Notes: generated by a model from the letters alone, not told the origin. 61,721 nucleotides of DNA, filler included, from Stramenopiles sp. TOSAG23-3 (GCA_900128585.1; 23 parts of 23 records of this genome joined end to end with filler, not necessarily neighbours in it); one strand, 5' to 3'. Positions 43,349 through 54,272 are shown, numbered from the whole stretch's first letter. Program-made: numbers and translations.

Positions 43349-44710
43349 ATGGCGGCAGCAGCAAAGAGCGTCTCTGGGGAGGACGACACCAACTCGTCCG
43401 GGGGCAGACGGAACCGCCCAAAACTAGAAGTTGCTCCCTTTATTCGGTCAACCTACAGCATTCTAGATTCTCAAGCAGGGGAGGATAATGCAAAATACAT
43501 AAAGTGGAACACGGATGGAACGGCCTTGCACATAGTAGACGAACACGGCTTTGCAAAGGAAGTTCTGCCCAGATTTTTCAAGCACTCGAACATTTCCTCG
43601 TTTATTCGACAGTTAAATATTTATGGTTTCAACAAAACAAAGCAAGACCCGCAATGGAAGGAGTTCAAAAACCCCAATTTTAAGCGTGGCTGTCCCCATT
43701 TGCTCAGCAATATCCACCGTCGGACCACTGCTGGCAAGGGGAAAAAACGGGGAGGCACAGCAGAAGTAGAAAAGGTTCTTGCAGCCCAAAAGTTGAAGGC
43801 GAACGACCAACTAGAGTTCAAGAAACTGCTTGAAGACATGAAAGAAATGAAGTCAGTGTCAGAGAAGTTAGCGAGGCGGCTGCGAGGCGTAGAGACCGAA
43901 AACCGGGAGTTGCAGCAGAAATACAGATCGAAGACGCTGCAAACAGAAAAAATAAAGTTAAGATTGGAACAGGCCACGAAGGAGCGCGAAGCTGCGAGCA
44001 GGGAGCGAGATAGGATCAGTAATCGGTTCCAAAAAATGAGTACGCAAGTACACAAAATGTATTTGTTCATGTGCATGGTTTACCAAAAGGGGGGGGATGG
44101 GAATCGTGGATCTTTGCATTACAATCCTGGGGAAAGTTCGTCGTCCGCAAGAACAGTGACTCGCCAGCATTCTCTGAATGATTATTTGAGCAATGGGCTG
44201 CTAAAAAATGCGCCAGTACTTCCGTTCCACCAAGATGACGACGACAAAGAAGGTGTAGAGTTCAATGCTGTCGACGGGTTGGACGATGATTCGCCAGGAA
44301 TGTTCGACGTCGATGATCCTCTTAGCTCTCCTCCCTCTCTACGCAGAGGGAACTCCTTTCAGAGCATCCCAGACGCAAACATTTCTAGCATTTCGTCCAT
44401 CGGCACGGGTGGGTCTGCTACTGGATCCACAAGGGGCTCCTCCAGCGTGTTGGGCAAACGAACGCGGCCTCCTGCTGCTATCGAAGATACTGACCGTCTG
44501 CTGTCTGTAGGAAGCAGCATTGGTTCATTCGAGTATGACAATCTTCGCGAAAACTTTAATAGTAAGGCCAGAAACGCCACGCAACGGATGAACTCGGTGG
44601 AGGAATCACTCGGGCGCATCACTGGTGGAGAGGGACGATACGACAATGCACGGTTGTTTGATGATGGAGATGCGTCCCTTCTTGAGGAGTTCGATACCCC
44701 GTCTTTTTAA
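43349..44710 (+). CDS. HSF: Heat shock transcription factor
   Basis: PFIRSTYSIL..IKWNTDG..FAKEVLPRFFKHSNISSFIRQLNIYGFNK..EFKNPNFKRG..LLSNIHRR, followed by a coiled coil. Confidence 0.95.
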   Translation: MAAAAKSVSGEDDTNSSGGRRNRPKLEVAPFIRSTYSILDSQAGEDNAKYIKWNTDGTALHIVDEHGFAKEVLPRFFKHSNISSFIRQLNIYGFNKTKQDPQWKEFKNPNFKRGCPHLLSNIHRRTTAGKGKKRGGTAEVEKVLAAQKLKANDQLEFKKLLEDMKEMKSVSEKLARRLRGVETENRELQQKYRSKTLQTEKIKLRLEQATKEREAASRERDRISNRFQKMSTQVHKMYLFMCMVYQKGGDGNRGSLHYNPGESSSSARTVTRQHSLNDYLSNGLLKNAPVLPFHQDDDDKEGVEFNAVDGLDDDSPGMFDVDDPLSSPPSLRRGNSFQSIPDANISSISSIGTGGSATGSTRGSSSVLGKRTRPPAAIEDTDRLLSVGSSIGSFEYDNLRENFNSKARNATQRMNSVEESLGRITGGEGRYDNARLFDDGDASLLEEFDTPSF

Positions 44711-45109
44711 ATTTTATCAAACCATAAATGTTTAGCTTTTATGAAGAAAAAAACAAAATTATATATCTAGTATGCTTTAAGACTCAATTTAACTTCTATG
44801 ATATCATTTTGCCAAACGTCAAACACGCCAACGTAAAAAATACTCTCTCTTCGTACATTTACGAGAGAAGTAACATCTTTTCAGTACCACAGACAACGAA
44901 CCCCTTTAAAACATTAATGTCGCTGTGTACTTTTAATTTTAAGACCAACCAATCGGAATCTTGACCAGAACTTGGGGAGGATCTGCAATAGGAAGAGATA
45001 TTGTTCTTGAACTGACACCTTCTTTTTTCTTTTTATATTATTTTAATTATCATGCTCTAAAATAACAGCCAATTTTCTTGTTTTTAAAGAATTCATACGG
45101 AATTTGACT

Positions 45110-45670
45110 TTAAGAATCCATCGTCAAGACCCGTTTTTGAGTCCCTCTTAAAAACAAGACCGGTCGATCAATCGATCTCGAGGTCAAGTCTAACATTGCC
45201 ATGTAGGAGAAATGATCTATGCTATTTTTTGGAAATGGTAACGATACGACTACCAGCTCTGCCTCGCCCGACGCTGAGGCGATTGCTTCCCCCAATATTG
45301 CACTTTCCGCCAGCCGCCCTTTGGTAACAACGTCATCCTTTTCTGCTTCTTTCTTCCCCGAATCAGCCCCTGCTGATTCGACCGTTTTCAGCTCTGCAAT
45401 TTTTGCTCTGAGTACGTTTAATTCTTTCTTCGTTGTGCTTCCCACCCCGAGGTTGGCAGTTTTCTTCAGATCAATGACAACTACATCGTCGATTTTGATA
45501 CGAACACGGTGCAGAAGGTCCTTGATATTCGCTACTTGGGCGTTCTTCGATCCCGCTCTCTTATCCTTCGGGACAAACAAGCGTAGCTTGCACTTCCTCC
45601 AGTTCTCGTGGCGGATCAACAAATGTGGTAGGAGCAATTCGACTCCCCCAGAGTCATCTAACCACCATAT
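45110..45670 (-). CDS. SLC12 cation-chloride cotransporter, C-terminal fragment
   Basis: IWWLDDSGGVELLLPHLL..WRKCKLRLF..LLHRVRI..LVVVSLPFP..YMAMLDL..PVLFLRGTQKRVLTMDS. Confidence 0.9.
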   Translation of the reverse strand: MWWLDDSGGVELLLPHLLIRHENWRKCKLRLFVPKDKRAGSKNAQVANIKDLLHRVRIKIDDVVVIDLKKTANLGVGSTTKKELNVLRAKIAELKTVESAGADSGKKEAEKDDVVTKGRLAESAILGEAIASASGEAELVVVSLPFPKNSIDHFSYMAMLDLTSRSIDRPVLFLRGTQKRVLTMDS

Positions 45671-45773
45671 GTNNNNNNNNNNNNNNNNNNNNNNNNNNNN
45701 NNNNNNNNNNNNNNNNTTAATTAATTAANNNNNNNNNNNNNNNNNNNNNNNNNNNNNNNNNNNNNNNNNNNNA

Positions 45774-47867
45774 GGGCATTACATTGCGATGGGAATAGAC
45801 GAGTTTTACGAAAAATTCGATTCCATCATGGCCTGCCACCCGCTGAACAACTATCCTTGGGTATCTCGCATTAACGTCCAAGGGTATTGGAAGGCAGGCT
45901 TATGCCCCGGAATAACGTCGTTAAAGCATCCGCAGTATCGTCTGAAAGTCCCGTTGTCGTGCCAAGCCGTGATATCGATCGAAAAGCAGAGCCCAGGCAC
46001 ACCAAATGACCAGGCCGGCCCGACCACCATCGGAGTTTTGGTCGAAAAACCTTTGGAAGAACTCCATGATGATGAAATTGGCAAGGCCAGGCTGCAGGTT
46101 GGCATGCCTGGAAACCGTTTGGAGAATGGATTTCGAACTTGCCGGACCGGGAACTGCTTTGTTTCTGTAACGCTGCAATCAACGCGGATCTGTACAGAAC
46201 CCTACGTGGTCATACCGCTCACGATAGTGCAAAACGATCCGATAGAAGTTACAAAGTTTTCATTAACGGTGCATACTACGAAAGGTGGCGTGAACATTGT
46301 CCCTCCGGAACTGAACGGTGGAGTGGCACAAAGCGGGTACCGATACCGTCTCTTTCACAAAGGCAGCGTCGGACAAGATGCCGGGCGTGGACGAAGGAAA
46401 ATACCGGGCGGTGGCAGCTACCCTACCCATCCTACCTGGTGGAAGAACCCCCAGTACATTTTCAACGTCGTCGGAAACGAAAATGATACGGGCAGCGACG
46501 TGTACCCTTGCACTATCGTTTTGAACAACCTGACGCCTCTTACGACTCGTCGTGTGCGAGAGTACGGCAACTCTGCTGAAGCGGGCACTCCACCTCCTAA
46601 AAAGGGTGCGACTGGGAGCTCAAGCGAAGGCACTAAGCTTACTTCCTTCAATCGTGGGTGGGATCGAATTGGGTTTTTGGTCGCCCACTGCGATCATGGT
46701 CACGAGATTCATTCGCTGACAAAAATGACATTTGTGGGCAACTGCCCATTGTCAAAACTTCCGACAGTCGTTGAAACCATGCTGCTTCCGAAGGGGCAGT
46801 ACATAGTGATACCGTACGGGGAAAGCCCGGATGTGCTGTTCCGCTACCGGCTAACGATATTTTCCGACAGCCTGGTTGACAGTCTCCGTTTCGCCCCAAA
46901 ATGGAAGGCACACATTACGCTTTTGGGCGAATGGAGACCCAGCTATGCGGGAGGGTGTTCGAACAATCGAGACACATGGCTGGAGAACCCGGTGGCTGCG
47001 TTCCACGTCGGCGACGATACATTCACTAACCCATTCGTGATTGATGATTCGATCCAAAAGACAGACTCTGGCAGGGAGCTGCCGGAGTCCCACCCCGTAG
47101 TGTTTGTGTCCAGCATAGACGAAAATAGCCAGGCAAGTCTGCACAAATCCTTGCGGGTGGGCGACATTGTAGAAAGTGTGGGGAAGGTGTCTGTCGCCAA
47201 CCAACCGTTCGCTGCGGTAATGAGTGCCATAAGGCAATCCCAGCGGCCAGTCGACGTGACGTTTCGTAGCCCTACTCTGTCACGACATTCGAACGCAGGA
47301 GCCGAGGGCAAAGCAGTGGAGCAGAAAAGCTACACGTTTGGAGAAGGTAGCATGGGGATGGTTCTGAGCAACGTGGATATCGGCAAGTTCCTGCAGTACC
47401 GCCAAGAGCTCGAAGGGCTCGAAGAGCTCCTTCCGGGCGATTCTGGGGGCGGGGATGAGAACAGCACTGTCGGTGCCGCGTTTGCTGGGGAAAACAGTGA
47501 TGACGAAATGGAGCAATTTAAAGTGAAAGTGAAAATATTGCAGCTTTTAGAGGATGGCACGGGGCAAGTCACGGAGCAAGCAAAACGTGTCCACCCCGGT
47601 TTCCTGCTGTACCGTGGGCTCCCCCCTTTTCGGTATTCCAAAGGCAGTGTCGTCGGGGGAAAGCACTGGATCCAAGACGAATTCAACGGCGTGTTGGAGC
47701 CCGGGGTCTACACGATTGTACCACAGACCTACAACCCCGGCATGTTTGCAAACTTTGCTGTCCACCTGTGCAGCGAAGTCGAGCTGATACCATACGTTCT
47801 ATCAACGCAAGACGAGGAAGGCACGAAGTGGTTGACTGGTGCAGAGGCACGAGGGTTTCGGTGGTGA
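45774..47867 (+). CDS. Calpain-family protein C-terminal part: three domain-III (C2L) modules with a PDZ-like insertion
   Basis: MGIDEFYEKFD (end of CysPC); GYW..HPQYRL; GGS..WWKNPQY..GQYIVIP; GEW..AGGCSNN..WLENP..LEPGVYTIVPQTYNPG; PDZ-like LRVGDIVESVG..AIRQSQRPVDVTF. Confidence 0.8.
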   Translation, partial: GHYIAMGIDEFYEKFDSIMACHPLNNYPWVSRINVQGYWKAGLCPGITSLKHPQYRLKVPLSCQAVISIEKQSPGTPNDQAGPTTIGVLVEKPLEELHDDEIGKARLQVGMPGNRLENGFRTCRTGNCFVSVTLQSTRICTEPYVVIPLTIVQNDPIEVTKFSLTVHTTKGGVNIVPPELNGGVAQSGYRYRLFHKGSVGQDAGRGRRKIPGGGSYPTHPTWWKNPQYIFNVVGNENDTGSDVYPCTIVLNNLTPLTTRRVREYGNSAEAGTPPPKKGATGSSSEGTKLTSFNRGWDRIGFLVAHCDHGHEIHSLTKMTFVGNCPLSKLPTVVETMLLPKGQYIVIPYGESPDVLFRYRLTIFSDSLVDSLRFAPKWKAHITLLGEWRPSYAGGCSNNRDTWLENPVAAFHVGDDTFTNPFVIDDSIQKTDSGRELPESHPVVFVSSIDENSQASLHKSLRVGDIVESVGKVSVANQPFAAVMSAIRQSQRPVDVTFRSPTLSRHSNAGAEGKAVEQKSYTFGEGSMGMVLSNVDIGKFLQYRQELEGLEELLPGDSGGGDENSTVGAAFAGENSDDEMEQFKVKVKILQLLEDGTGQVTEQAKRVHPGFLLYRGLPPFRYSKGSVVGGKHWIQDEFNGVLEPGVYTIVPQTYNPGMFANFAVHLCSEVELIPYVLSTQDEEGTKWLTGAEARGFRW

Positions 47868-48869
47868 GCGCCGCAAGGTCCGGTAGATTGTCGCCGTGGT
47901 AAAACACTTTGGCACGCGTGCTAATAATTTAAACAGACACTGTAGAATATATTTAATTATTACTTTAATCAATAGTAAAGACAGGGTTTCCATTCGTTAC
48001 TAGGGGACAGGATGTATACGATGATGTTTCAGGTGGTGATAGAGAGGTAGACAGGGACGGGGTCGAAGGTACACAGTAGAGGCGAGCGTTGATCATGTTC
48101 TTCTTGGGGTCAATAAGCGTCGCGTTGATGAACGCGATTTTGTTTGTTGCCTCTGAGTTCAAAGGCAGGTGTTTCGGTTCGACTAATGCACCTTTGGAAA
48201 GATGCTTTAATTGAGGCGAAGACAATCGTGAAGACGAAAGTACATTTACTTCTTTGCAACCTTCTTGGACTTCTTGTCAGGCTCCCGAGAATGCCAGACT
48301 TTTCATGAAGCCAAGAAAACTTCATGAAAAACACATTTTCTACAATTTCNNNNNNNNNNNNNNNNNNNNNNNNNNNNNNNNNNNNNNNNNNNNTTAATTA
48401 ATTAANNNNNNNNNNNNNNNNNNNNNNNNNNNNNNNNNNNNNNNNNNNNAAACGTATTATGATGATCATAATGATGAGTTTCTTTCAAGTCGTATACATA
48501 AACCTGCGTAAATGTATTTTCTAAAGATTCAAGTCTACTAAGATAAGAGTATGATATCAGCTTTGATACTGATATTTTAAAATAAGAACAAGAAAATTGG
48601 CTGTTATTTAAAATATGCTTCAAGAAAATTACAGTTCGAGTAAGATTGCTCTTAAAACGAATCTCGTAAAATAAACTATAAGAGTACAAAAAAAAACAAA
48701 TTATATAGTATATCGTTTACCTAAAGTTTGTAAAGACTAAAAAAGGTACACTCAGTGTATCAACCGGCTCTGCACTTCTTCACACAACATACAATGTAGG
48801 AGGAGTAAGCTATCATAATACAGAAACACGGGGAGGACGGCGTCGTCTTCGCTTCGAGCCAACGCTTCT

Positions 48870-50333
48870 TCAGTGACGACGAGCACGGGTCTTTTTTGTG
48901 GGCGCCTTTGCCCGCCACACGATGCCGTTCTCACAGTCCCCGTTCAGCGTGACGTGTTCGATCTCACTATTGTAGTACTCCACGGTGTGTTTGCCCGTTT
49001 CTTTGTCGTACGCCGTGACGCGCCCTGCGTACCATTCCCCGTTTTCGGGCCATTTGATCTCTACGACTTTTCCAACGACCAACGTTCCCATGGAGGATGG
49101 GAAGACCGCGGAGACGTCGAACGCGGGCTCTTTCTGCACCAGCTTGGTGGAAGCGGGGGACATCTTCCCGTTTGCCCGCTTCTTCATCCTATCCTGGTGC
49201 TGCCACTCGCTTGCCTTTTTCCCGCACTCGGTGCACATGTCATACTCACACTCGCTGCAGGCCCAGCGCTGGCCCAACACAAAGTTCTTGTCGCAATCGT
49301 CGCAAATCCACTCCCCGCCCGGGTAGGCTTTGCTGTCCTCGACTAGTTTGAAGTCGCACGCGTGGTGCCCGGGGCACTCTGGGGGGAAATCCTTCGCCTC
49401 CTCCTTCTCGCCCCCGTGCACTTCGACGCGGTGGCAGGACGACTTGACGTGTTCCATTACTTTTTCTGGTACCTTGGCCGCCCCCCCGGCCTCCAGAAGC
49501 TTGATCAGTTCTTCCATCTCCGCGCGCTTGGCCGCCAGCGCGTCCCTCGCAAGGGCCATGTCGCCGAGGTTCCCGCCGCTCAGAATTGCATGGAGGTCTC
49601 TATGCTGTTTCATTGTGGGCTCGCTGTGGGCCCAATCCCCGATCCAGCCGGCTGCCGCGGTGGCGATGGCGGAACCGTCCGGCTTGCGCTTCTGTTGCGC
49701 CTTGGGGGTCTCCGCTTTGTCGGCAGCGGCAGCGGCGGCGTCCTCCTCCTCCTCGGACTCGTCGTCGTCCTCTTCCGAATCAGAAGACGACGACTCGGAC
49801 TCGGACTCGGACTCGCTGTCGGAGGAGCACTTTCGCTTCTTCGCTGAATGCGACTGTGACAGCGGGGACTTCCTCTTCTTGCCCTTGGCGCCGGGCTGGC
49901 GCTTTCCCTTCCGCTGGGCCATGGCGAGCTTGTGCTGCGCGTGCCGTTTCGTGGCGCTGGCGTCTTTCCAGGGCGACGTTTCCCTCGTGACGGGTAGGTC
50001 GTTCTCGCTACTACTATCATTGTACGATGGGGAGGACGGGGCCTCGGTTTCCGAATCATCGTAGTTTAGCACCGCAAAGGCGCCGTGGTACTTCTTCGCC
50101 GCCTCGTCGTACACGGTGGCCGCCTCGAACTCGCTCTTGTACCGCCCAAGGTACATGGTGTTCCCGTCGACCTGTATCTGGGCCTGCCACGTCGACTCCC
50201 CGCGGCGGATTACACCACGAAACTTCGAGCTGAAGGTCTTCCCCTTTGGCTTCGCTTTCGCATAGCTTTTGTTCGAGCTGCCGCTCTTGCCAAAGGCCCG
50301 CCTGGAGGCGACCACAGAGCTCATCCGCGGCAT
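48870..50333 (-). CDS. AP2-domain protein with ZZ-like zinc finger and C-terminal Tudor-like domain
   Basis: SSKFRGVIRR..WQAQIQVDG..YLGRYKSEFEAATVYDEAA..LNY; WICDDC..RWACSECEYDMCTEC; LVVGKVVEIKWPENGEWYAGRVTAYD..HTVEY. Confidence 0.9.
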   Translation of the reverse strand: MPRMSSVVASRRAFGKSGSSNKSYAKAKPKGKTFSSKFRGVIRRGESTWQAQIQVDGNTMYLGRYKSEFEAATVYDEAAKKYHGAFAVLNYDDSETEAPSSPSYNDSSSENDLPVTRETSPWKDASATKRHAQHKLAMAQRKGKRQPGAKGKKRKSPLSQSHSAKKRKCSSDSESESESESSSSDSEEDDDESEEEEDAAAAAADKAETPKAQQKRKPDGSAIATAAAGWIGDWAHSEPTMKQHRDLHAILSGGNLGDMALARDALAAKRAEMEELIKLLEAGGAAKVPEKVMEHVKSSCHRVEVHGGEKEEAKDFPPECPGHHACDFKLVEDSKAYPGGEWICDDCDKNFVLGQRWACSECEYDMCTECGKKASEWQHQDRMKKRANGKMSPASTKLVQKEPAFDVSAVFPSSMGTLVVGKVVEIKWPENGEWYAGRVTAYDKETGKHTVEYYNSEIEHVTLNGDCENGIVWRAKAPTKKTRARRH

Positions 50334-51125
50334 CTGTCTTTCCCTATACCAGTACGCACACGCACGTCGCGACCTTTCTCCTCCCGTCGGTTGCTACGCA
50401 CACAACGTTCGAACGAAGCAGACCAAACCAACTCTCTTTCGCTGAACCGCTTCTTTTTTCTATACAATGCAGAAGGAAGGAAAGAAAGAAAACAAGGCAA
50501 ACGCAAGTGAATGACGAACGCCTACGTTGTTTGTAAAAAAAGAAAAGGTAGTACCGTATACCTACCCCTTTTCCCTTTTGTTTTTGGTCTGGCTGTTGGC
50601 GGTTGGATGCGCAAGGAAGAGGAGGGTCTCGAAAGAAGAAAAAAAACAATCCTCCACGAACCCAATCAATGAAAACCCACCCACAAGACAAGTATGGGCG
50701 AACAATCTAACAATCTAATTTAAATTACCAAACGAAACAAAAATTGAAGCTATATTTGTTTCCAATTCCTTTCCTGTCGATCGTATCGTATTGCATCGCA
50801 TCGATGGAATGGACAGGATGTATAATCTAATTTAATAAAATTGAATATTTTATTATATCTAAATATAATTAAGAAAAAAATATAAGGTCACGATGAGGCC
50901 AGGCGCCAGGCCAGGCCATCCAGGCTACGGCTAGGCTATTAGGAGGATATAAAACAAAAACAAAAAAGCCTCTTTAAAATTATTAGGAAGTCGTCTATAA
51001 TGTAATGTATAGGTATAGGTATATANNNNNNNNNNNNNNNNNNNNNNNNNNNNNNNNNNNNNNNNNNNNTTAATTAATTAANNNNNNNNNNNNNNNNNNN
51101 NNNNNNNNNNNNNNNNNNNNNNNNN

Positions 51126-51782
51126 GCGTTCAGTTCGTGCAGCGGTCTTACGTCGGTGACGATCCCGGACAGTGTGAAAACGATAGGAGAGGGTGCATTC
51201 AGATCGTGCAGTGGCCTTACGTCGGTAAATATCCCGAATAGTGTGAAATATATAAGGAAGGATACATTCAGATCGTGCAGCGGTCTTACGTCGGTGACGA
51301 TCCCGGACAGTGTGAAAACGATAGGAGAGGGTGCATTCAGATCGTGCAGCGGCCTAACGTCGGTAAATATCCCGAACAGTGTGACTTTGATAGGAAGGGA
51401 TGCATTCAGATCGTGCCGCAGTCTTACGTCGGTGACGATCCCGCACAGTGTGGAAGAGATAGTAAGGCAGGCATTCAGTTCGTGCAGCGGCCTTACGTCG
51501 GTGACCATCCCGGGCAATGCAGGAAGGATAGGAAAGGGTACATTTGAGCATTGCAACGAAAAATTACGTTGTGATAGAGGGTGTACGACAGGACCCAAGG
51601 TATGCAACCCAATATGTGGACAGGAAGGGTGTACCGCGAATGCGATCTGGAAATTGAAGTGTCCTGGAAATGAAGACGTCGCCTGCGAGGAATGTCCAAA
51701 AAAACAAGCACCTGTTCCTCCTGTACTTCTCTACTTCCTCTATATTGGCCTTCTTTGTGTAATAATCTTCTTAGACACGTAG
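51126..51782 (+). CDS. BspA-type leucine-rich repeat surface protein with Cys-rich stalk and TM; 5' partial
   Basis: Six 23-aa (69-bp) repeats AFxSCSGLTSVTIPDSVxxIG, a TNFR-like Cys segment, and TM VLLYFLYIGLLCVIIF. Confidence 0.9.
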   Translation, partial: AFSSCSGLTSVTIPDSVKTIGEGAFRSCSGLTSVNIPNSVKYIRKDTFRSCSGLTSVTIPDSVKTIGEGAFRSCSGLTSVNIPNSVTLIGRDAFRSCRSLTSVTIPHSVEEIVRQAFSSCSGLTSVTIPGNAGRIGKGTFEHCNEKLRCDRGCTTGPKVCNPICGQEGCTANAIWKLKCPGNEDVACEECPKKQAPVPPVLLYFLYIGLLCVIIFLDT

Positions 51783-52130
51783 AGAAGAATAGACATCTTT
51801 TTCCTCCGGAGGAAAAAATTGTTCCCCCAGAGGAAAAAGCTGTTGCCTTAAAAGCTTACAATTAGTAAATCCATACTTCGTACAAGTAGGGATTTGCCGA
51901 GTGGATTGGGGAACTTATTCGGCCCGATGAGGATGGCCTACAAGGAACGGCCAAGTTAGGATTAGGGTATGAGGACGCTAAATTTAATTACTTATAAATA
52001 ACAGCCAATTTTCTTGTTTTTTTTATTTAACAACAGCCAATTTTCTTGTTTTTTTTATTTCAGAAAAGTATTAAGTTAGCGTCATAACAACCAATTCTAT
52101 TGTTTTTAAGTTATGATAGCGTCAAAAATA

Positions 52131-53267
52131 TCAAAATCCAATGCTCCGTACCTCCAAGCTCTGAAATAACCCCTCTATCACGCTGGTGGTGGACCCATGG
52201 TTATAATTCTCCTGGCCATACCCAACTTCCTTCAACACCCATGCATCTGGCACGTCCCACTTTGGGCCAAACACTGGTGCTGGATTTCCGTCCGTCGTAC
52301 CTTGGAGAATGCACCCCTTAAAGTCTTCCCACCTGACCTCCATATGAAATGTTTTCTCCTCGCCAAATCTTTTGTTAACGGTCGCGTTCCCCCATGAACT
52401 CCAGGCAGTGCAGCGGCCAGCAACGCTGCCACTGTTGAAGCTGGTGTTGTGACCGTTTTGGTTCATTGGTCCTAGAAAAACAATCAGACCATTCTGCGCT
52501 GGGTCGTCGAGCACTCTGGCGTCTGCCTTGGGTCCATAAGCTTGGAAGCCGGCAAGCAACGTCTTAACGTTTAGCGAGATTTGGCAGAAGGATCGCGACG
52601 TCGAGATATTGCACTGCTCGTTGATGAAGACAATACGCAGGGCCTGCTGCAACTGTTGAAGGGAGGGTTCTGGCAGCTCGACCGCGGTAGCGTACTGGAC
52701 AGCAACGATAGCTGCACGAAGGCGGCCTGCTTTCAGCTCAGGAGCGCCGAAGGGTTTCATACGGCGGTCCTCGCTCGCTCGCCACGGCGGGTTCAAAGTG
52801 ACGTAGGCCGCACCTATGAATTTGTTCGCGTGACTTGGACCTTGGCCTAATTTGCCATACGTTCCAAATGGCCCGCCCGTCGATGCGACAGTACGGACCA
52901 GGTGCACTGTTGCTCCAGTTGATGCGAGTGTAACGTCAGCTTCGACACTGGGGCCAAACAGGACGCCGTCGTCTGTAGGACAGTCCGGGGAGTAGGCCTC
53001 CTTCACAACTCCCAGTGGGGAAGAGAGCCCTCGCCGGGCGTTGTACCCCCAGATCCGGTGCTGACATTTTGCAGGCGTGGTTGATACGAATCGACCCCAG
53101 AATGTAAGACCTCTCTCGTTCTTCAACATTGGTGCACCCGTGGAACCAGTGCCCCAAGATGAGTTTGCCCGTGGCGGGTCCGTCGCAGTTGCAAGATAGT
53201 GCGTTGTCGAGGCGTTGGCTGGGGACGCAGCTGCCACAATGGCAATGCCGAACAAGAACACCCACAT
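52131..53267 (-). CDS. Secreted hypothetical protein
   Basis: 378-aa ORF with signal peptide MWVFLFGIAIVAAASPA. No family recognised. Confidence 0.75.
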   Translation of the reverse strand: MWVFLFGIAIVAAASPANASTTHYLATATDPPRANSSWGTGSTGAPMLKNERGLTFWGRFVSTTPAKCQHRIWGYNARRGLSSPLGVVKEAYSPDCPTDDGVLFGPSVEADVTLASTGATVHLVRTVASTGGPFGTYGKLGQGPSHANKFIGAAYVTLNPPWRASEDRRMKPFGAPELKAGRLRAAIVAVQYATAVELPEPSLQQLQQALRIVFINEQCNISTSRSFCQISLNVKTLLAGFQAYGPKADARVLDDPAQNGLIVFLGPMNQNGHNTSFNSGSVAGRCTAWSSWGNATVNKRFGEEKTFHMEVRWEDFKGCILQGTTDGNPAPVFGPKWDVPDAWVLKEVGYGQENYNHGSTTSVIEGLFQSLEVRSIGF

Positions 53268-53622
53268 AATAATTTTGATGTTTAATCACAAAATAGGTAT
53301 ACACGTGGGTTAGGGTTAAGGGAGCGAAAAAATAACACAATTGTATACAATCCAGACACCAGACAGAGATATGCGGTATTGAAAAAAAATAAAGATTAGT
53401 AAGTACCTCTGGTTCGTTTCAGAGTTCTTCAGAATTCAGAATTAAAAAGAGTCAGTCTTATAAAAAATATAATATATAATAATACAGGATAGGAGAGGAG
53501 AGAAGAGTTCACAAGGTTGTTGTTGTGTTGTTGTTCACGAGCTCGTCCGGAAGCTGTGCTTCTTCTTGTTTTTTTTTTGACTCCTGATTCCTACCTATGG
53601 ACCTGTTATATTATTATATAAC

Positions 53623-53624
<2 letters not shown>

Positions 53625-53699
<75 letters not shown>

Positions 53700-53701
53700 A
53701 A
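53625..53701 (+). repeat. (GAAA)n microsatellite
   Basis: Perfect tetramer array at contig end. Confidence 0.95.
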
Positions 53702-54272
53702 NNNNNNNNNNNNNNNNNNNNNNNNNNNNNNNNNNNNNNNNNNNNTTAATTAATTAANNNNNNNNNNNNNNNNNNNNNNNNNNNNNNNNNNNNNNNNNNN
53801 NCTCCCGTCAAAGAACGGAGGGGTATGTACTGTACATATATATATAGACACATGCACTTGTTTCGATAGACGGTTGGCATTTGAAGAACGAAATTATTAT
53901 CATTACTCACAACGGTGTAAGGTTGGACCACGCTTAGAGGGCCGCGTACACCTTTCTGGGCGACACCACTGCCGACAGTCTCCACTTGGCAATATGTTTA
54001 CAAAAGGGCTTTTTATTTTTCAATTCGTAAGCGCGCGCGCAAGTAACACTATTGCACGTGGTATTGATGGATGGAACGCTCTGAGTGGATTTATATTTTT
54101 TTATATAAATAAATAACTTTTAGATAATTTCTGAAGCATAAAATTGTCGTCACTTTAACATTAACACAAAAGGAAAAAGACCCCAGGATTTCTGTACGCA
54201 ACCCCTCCACAAATTGCAGATACTGCCCTGCTTATCTTCTACCGTTGCACCCTGGGGCAGCTCCCTCCCCGT

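Noticed and set aside
47965-48349. Short - strand ORFs after the calpain gene
   Set aside because: Stops interrupt all frames and no family is recognisable; at most a degraded remnant.
50895-50942. Short AGGCC/AGGCT repeats
   Set aside because: Irregular low-complexity tract with no clear structure or second copy.
51126-51545. 69-bp periodic repeats resembling a repeat-spacer array
   Set aside because: They are in-frame coding BspA LRR units with no unique spacers.
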